NCBI RefSeq assembly: GCF_006345805.1
Contig: NW_021827096.1
Coordinates: 1-11,117 of the forward strand
Direction: 5' to 3'
From: Octopus sinensis
Taxonomy: Eukaryota
Length of the DNA: 11,117 nt
Position 1 is the stretch's first letter, and each line of letters opens with the position of its first letter. The position numbers and the translations under genes are program-made. The notes below the pieces were generated by a model that was not told the DNA's origin, made no database searches, and was given only the letters and a program-made list of their open reading frames with translations. Of the stretch, positions 8,582-11,117 are shown in pieces.

Positions 8582-8709
8582 AGGTGCAAGAGCGGCTGTG
8601 TAGTAAGAAGTTTGTTTCAATCACATGGTTCAGGGTTCAGTTCCACTGCATGGCACATTGAGCAAGGTCTTTTACTATTACTTCGGACCGACCTTAGCCG
8701 CGTGAGTGT
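8582..8709 (+). mobile_element. 5' tRNA-like head of the SINE family seen at 3091-3847, 3'-truncated
   Basis: A-box-like CGGCTGTGTAG (8593-8603), B-box-like GGTTCAGTTCC (8634-44) and a CATTGAGCAAG CORE-like start. Its end (CGGACCGACC...GTGAGTG) overlaps the start of the 3522 copy (GGGCCGAAC...ATGATTGG). Confidence 0.75.
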
Positions 8710-8727
8710 ATATATATAGATATATAG

Positions 8728-8772
<45 letters not shown>

Positions 8773-8779
8773 ATATATA
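8709..8779. repeat. (TA)n microsatellite
   Basis: Directly visible. Confidence 0.95.
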
Positions 8780-8835
8780 CAGAAAAATAAAAGACGAGAC
8801 AGGCGTATAAACAGCAAACGAGAAAGTGAGAAAGT

Positions 8836-8871
8836 CTTTTACGTTTCGAGCCTACGCTCTTCCACAGAAAG
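8836..8871 (-). ncRNA. Minimal type I hammerhead-like motif with a variant core
   Basis: Minus strand reads CTTT, CTGTGGA, A, GAGC-gtag-GCTC, GAA, ACGT, A, AAAG. Same architecture as 2923-2957, but A6 is replaced by U. Confidence 0.5.
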
Positions 8872-9070
8872 GAATACGGGGAAATCAAACCTGGTGGAGT
8901 GCTGGTACGTAGATGAGAAAAGCTTATGCGACCACGTGAGCGTAATATATACAAGGAAAGAAATAAGATGAAAAATCACTGAAGATTTGTTTTACAAGAC
9001 TAAAGAATATATTTAAATCGTCATGGCAAAAGTATTATACAATATTATATAAAATAAATTTTTTTCTCTC

Positions 9071-9296
9071 ATATGTGTGTGCGTGTGTGTGTGTGTGTGT
9101 GTGTTTGCGCGTTTGTGTGTGTGTAGGAAAGAAGAGAGAGAAAGACAGAAAGAAAAACAGGTAGACGGAGATAGACAGGCAAAAAAGCAGATGCATGCAT
9201 GTATGTATGCCTATACATGTGTACGTACGTACATATGCATGTATATACATATGTACGTACATGTCTGTTCATCTCTCTCCCCCCCCCCTCTCTCTC
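9071..9296. repeat. Mixed (TG)n, GA-rich, (TACG/TATG) and (CT)n simple repeats
   Basis: Directly visible. Confidence 0.85.
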
Positions 9297-9766
9297 GCTA
9301 TTGGTTAATTACCATGTAAACATAGGTCTACAATACATATGAGAATAATCAACTCCAGATCAAATCATGGGTGACTCCTTCCTGAGGCCAAGTCCCTATT
9401 AACCAGCTACGGTTGGATTATGTTGGAATCATGGGATTCAGCGTGCTGCCTGTCAACTATTCCGGCGGATGAACTTATTGCGTCTACTGCGAACACCACT
9501 AAATTCTAAGCAAATGAACTGGCAACAAGCATTCAACGGCCACAGACAACCAGGTGAGTTACTGAACCATTGCTCATCCGGGCAGGTGCAAGTGAGATAT
9601 TTCAGCTAGTGAAAGAGCAATTATGAATTATTGGTCCGGGCATGTCACCTGATCGCATTTTAATGATGTTAATTACGCAGAGTACTAAGAGCGCCAGATG
9701 AAAAATCTTACAAATATTCCCAAATGATCATTGCGTTCTGCGCTCAAACCTTTCCGGGGTTAAACT

Positions 9767-9844
9767 GCGGTGAGCCGGCAGAGCCGTTCGCACTCCGGAC
9801 GAAATGCTCAACAGTATTTCGTCCGTCCTTACCTTTTGAGTTCA
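9767..9844 (+). mobile_element. 5' head fragment of a further tRNA-derived SINE family
   Basis: GCGGTGAGCCGGCAGAGCCGTT (A-box-like), a 13-bp hairpin at 9796-9808/9813-9825, and an end within a B box (GAGTTCA). Resembles a recalled octopus SINE head. Confidence 0.6.
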
Positions 9845-10074
9845 TGTACCATCGTAATTTATTAATTAAATTCCATACCAGCTGATATGTGTCTGCGTGT
9901 ATGTGTGTATATAAATATACACACGTATACATATGTAGAGAGAAAGAGGAATGATTATGTAAAACAAATGAAATGTAATGAAGATAAATTGTTCATAAAA
10001 TGAATCAGAAATACCAATAAAATTACTTTAGATTTCGAAATTTCAGGATAATGATTTTAACTTCTGTGCCAATA

Positions 10075-10149
10075 TTTCTTTCTTTTCAGGGTCGATAACA
10101 TAAGTACCAGTTGAGCTCTGGGATTGTGGTAATCAATTTAACTACCCCT
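10075..10149 (+). mobile_element. Nin/Deu-domain-like SINE body fragment
   Basis: TTTCTTTTCAGGGTCGATAACATAAGTACCAGTTGAGCTCTGGG resembles the recalled conserved SINE domain CCTTTCATCCTTTCGGGGTCGATAAAATxAGTACCAG. Confidence 0.55.
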
Positions 10150-10289
10150 GGGTATGAGTATAAAAACTGCATCCCTCTGCAAAGCCCTGTCGGGCCAGTA
10201 TGTCGGGGAATGCTCGTCAACTAGTGTCATCTCAAGCTCAACTCCATGACCTCCACATAACAAGAATATGCAATTTGTCATGAGTTGGG

Positions 10290-10475
10290 CTGAAAATGGT
10301 CAATCCAATCTAATCCAATAATGTACAAGTCTAGGGTCGTGTGCTTGCAGAATTGTTTGAGTGCCCTTCGGGGTCTTAGAATATTTCTTCTGACGCTTTT
10401 CGCCATGATCGCAAAACCATCAACGGCAACTGTGCCAAACCATATCTGAGCTTGATTTTAACTTAGACATCACCG
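10290..10475 (-). pseudogene. Possible highly decayed Ty3/Gypsy aspartic protease relic
   Basis: Collinear short peptides in shifting frames: VKIKL (10462-48), RKASEEI (10402-382), IIGLDWID (10322-299). These resemble invertebrate Gypsy protease VKLQLDT...RNASG...LIGLDWI. The catalytic DT/SG motif is absent. Confidence 0.3.
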
Positions 10476-11117
10476 ATGTCGTGTGGAGAAATTATTTGTA
10501 TTTACTGGGAAAATACTAGCTTTTCAAAGAAAAAATATCTTAATCTTAAGCCTGTTAAAATTATTTTCCAGTCGTTGATCTATGGTTCCACGCAATATAT
10601 TGATTTCATGGGTTGTAACATACGTATTACTAATGTAGCAAAGTAGGAAAGTAAAAATAAATAATGAAAATCAACGACTAGTATTATCTGCACCAAAGCA
10701 TAACGTTTTGCCATTTTGCGCTCATGCACAAAGATGACGACGACCAACAGATTCGCTACCAGATTCTAATAGTTTTTTTTTTTTTGGTCAAATTGGTCCT
10801 ACTCGCTAATATAGATTTTAAAGTTTTGAAAAATGTCGAAATATGGCAGAAAATGTTTCATGGCTATAAACAGACATCATATTAACAGTAATTTATTACC
10901 GGGTACCTCAGCTAGTTTCCTATATCCCGCACAGTAGACAGCGGTTGTCTATTGCACACCATCTGTGCATGCGTGTGCCGCTACAAATTCTATTATGCAA
11001 TATAAATTTATACAGAGTCATTGGGTCAACAGCTGACAGAGGTACACCAAAGCCCAAATACTGTAGTGGATGAGGACGAAAACAATAGATATTTTTCGTT
11101 TAAGATCGTGTTAAGTC

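Noticed and set aside
494-9319. Most ORFs in the supplied track (poly-Y/N/M/I, YIYI, HTHT, CVCV, SLSL, F/L-rich)
   Set aside because: They are translations of stop-free microsatellites or low-complexity tracts, with no protein-like content.
9744-9932. 62-aa minus-strand ORF
   Set aside because: It overlaps a SINE head antisense and a simple repeat, with no recognisable motif.
1-11117. CRISPR array or prokaryotic operon-type system
   Set aside because: No regularly spaced repeat-spacer units and no gene-dense organisation; the sequence is eukaryotic repeat-rich DNA.

Overview
AT-rich, microsatellite-saturated eukaryotic non-coding DNA. The repeat families and the simple-repeat load suggest a cephalopod (Octopus-like) intron or intergenic region; that assignment is from recalled repeat consensi, not a search. 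No intact protein-coding gene is visible, and nearly all listed ORFs are translations of microsatellites. The window holds pieces of at least four tRNA-derived SINE families, a frameshifted LINE (L1/Tx1-like) endonuclease relic, a 32-bp palindrome interrupted by a SINE with a target-site duplication, and possibly very decayed LTR-retrotransposon relics. The most notable signal is five type I hammerhead-ribozyme (HHR) motifs within about 6 kb (2923, 5692, 6014, 7328 on +, 8871 on -). Each lies in a 200-400 bp non-coding unit next to (TA)n tracts and has a short, palindromic or near-palindromic stem III, as known for Penelope-like element and retrozyme hammerheads. Two of them (6014 and 7328) are diverged copies of one family with an unusually long stem II whose structure is kept while its sequence differs.
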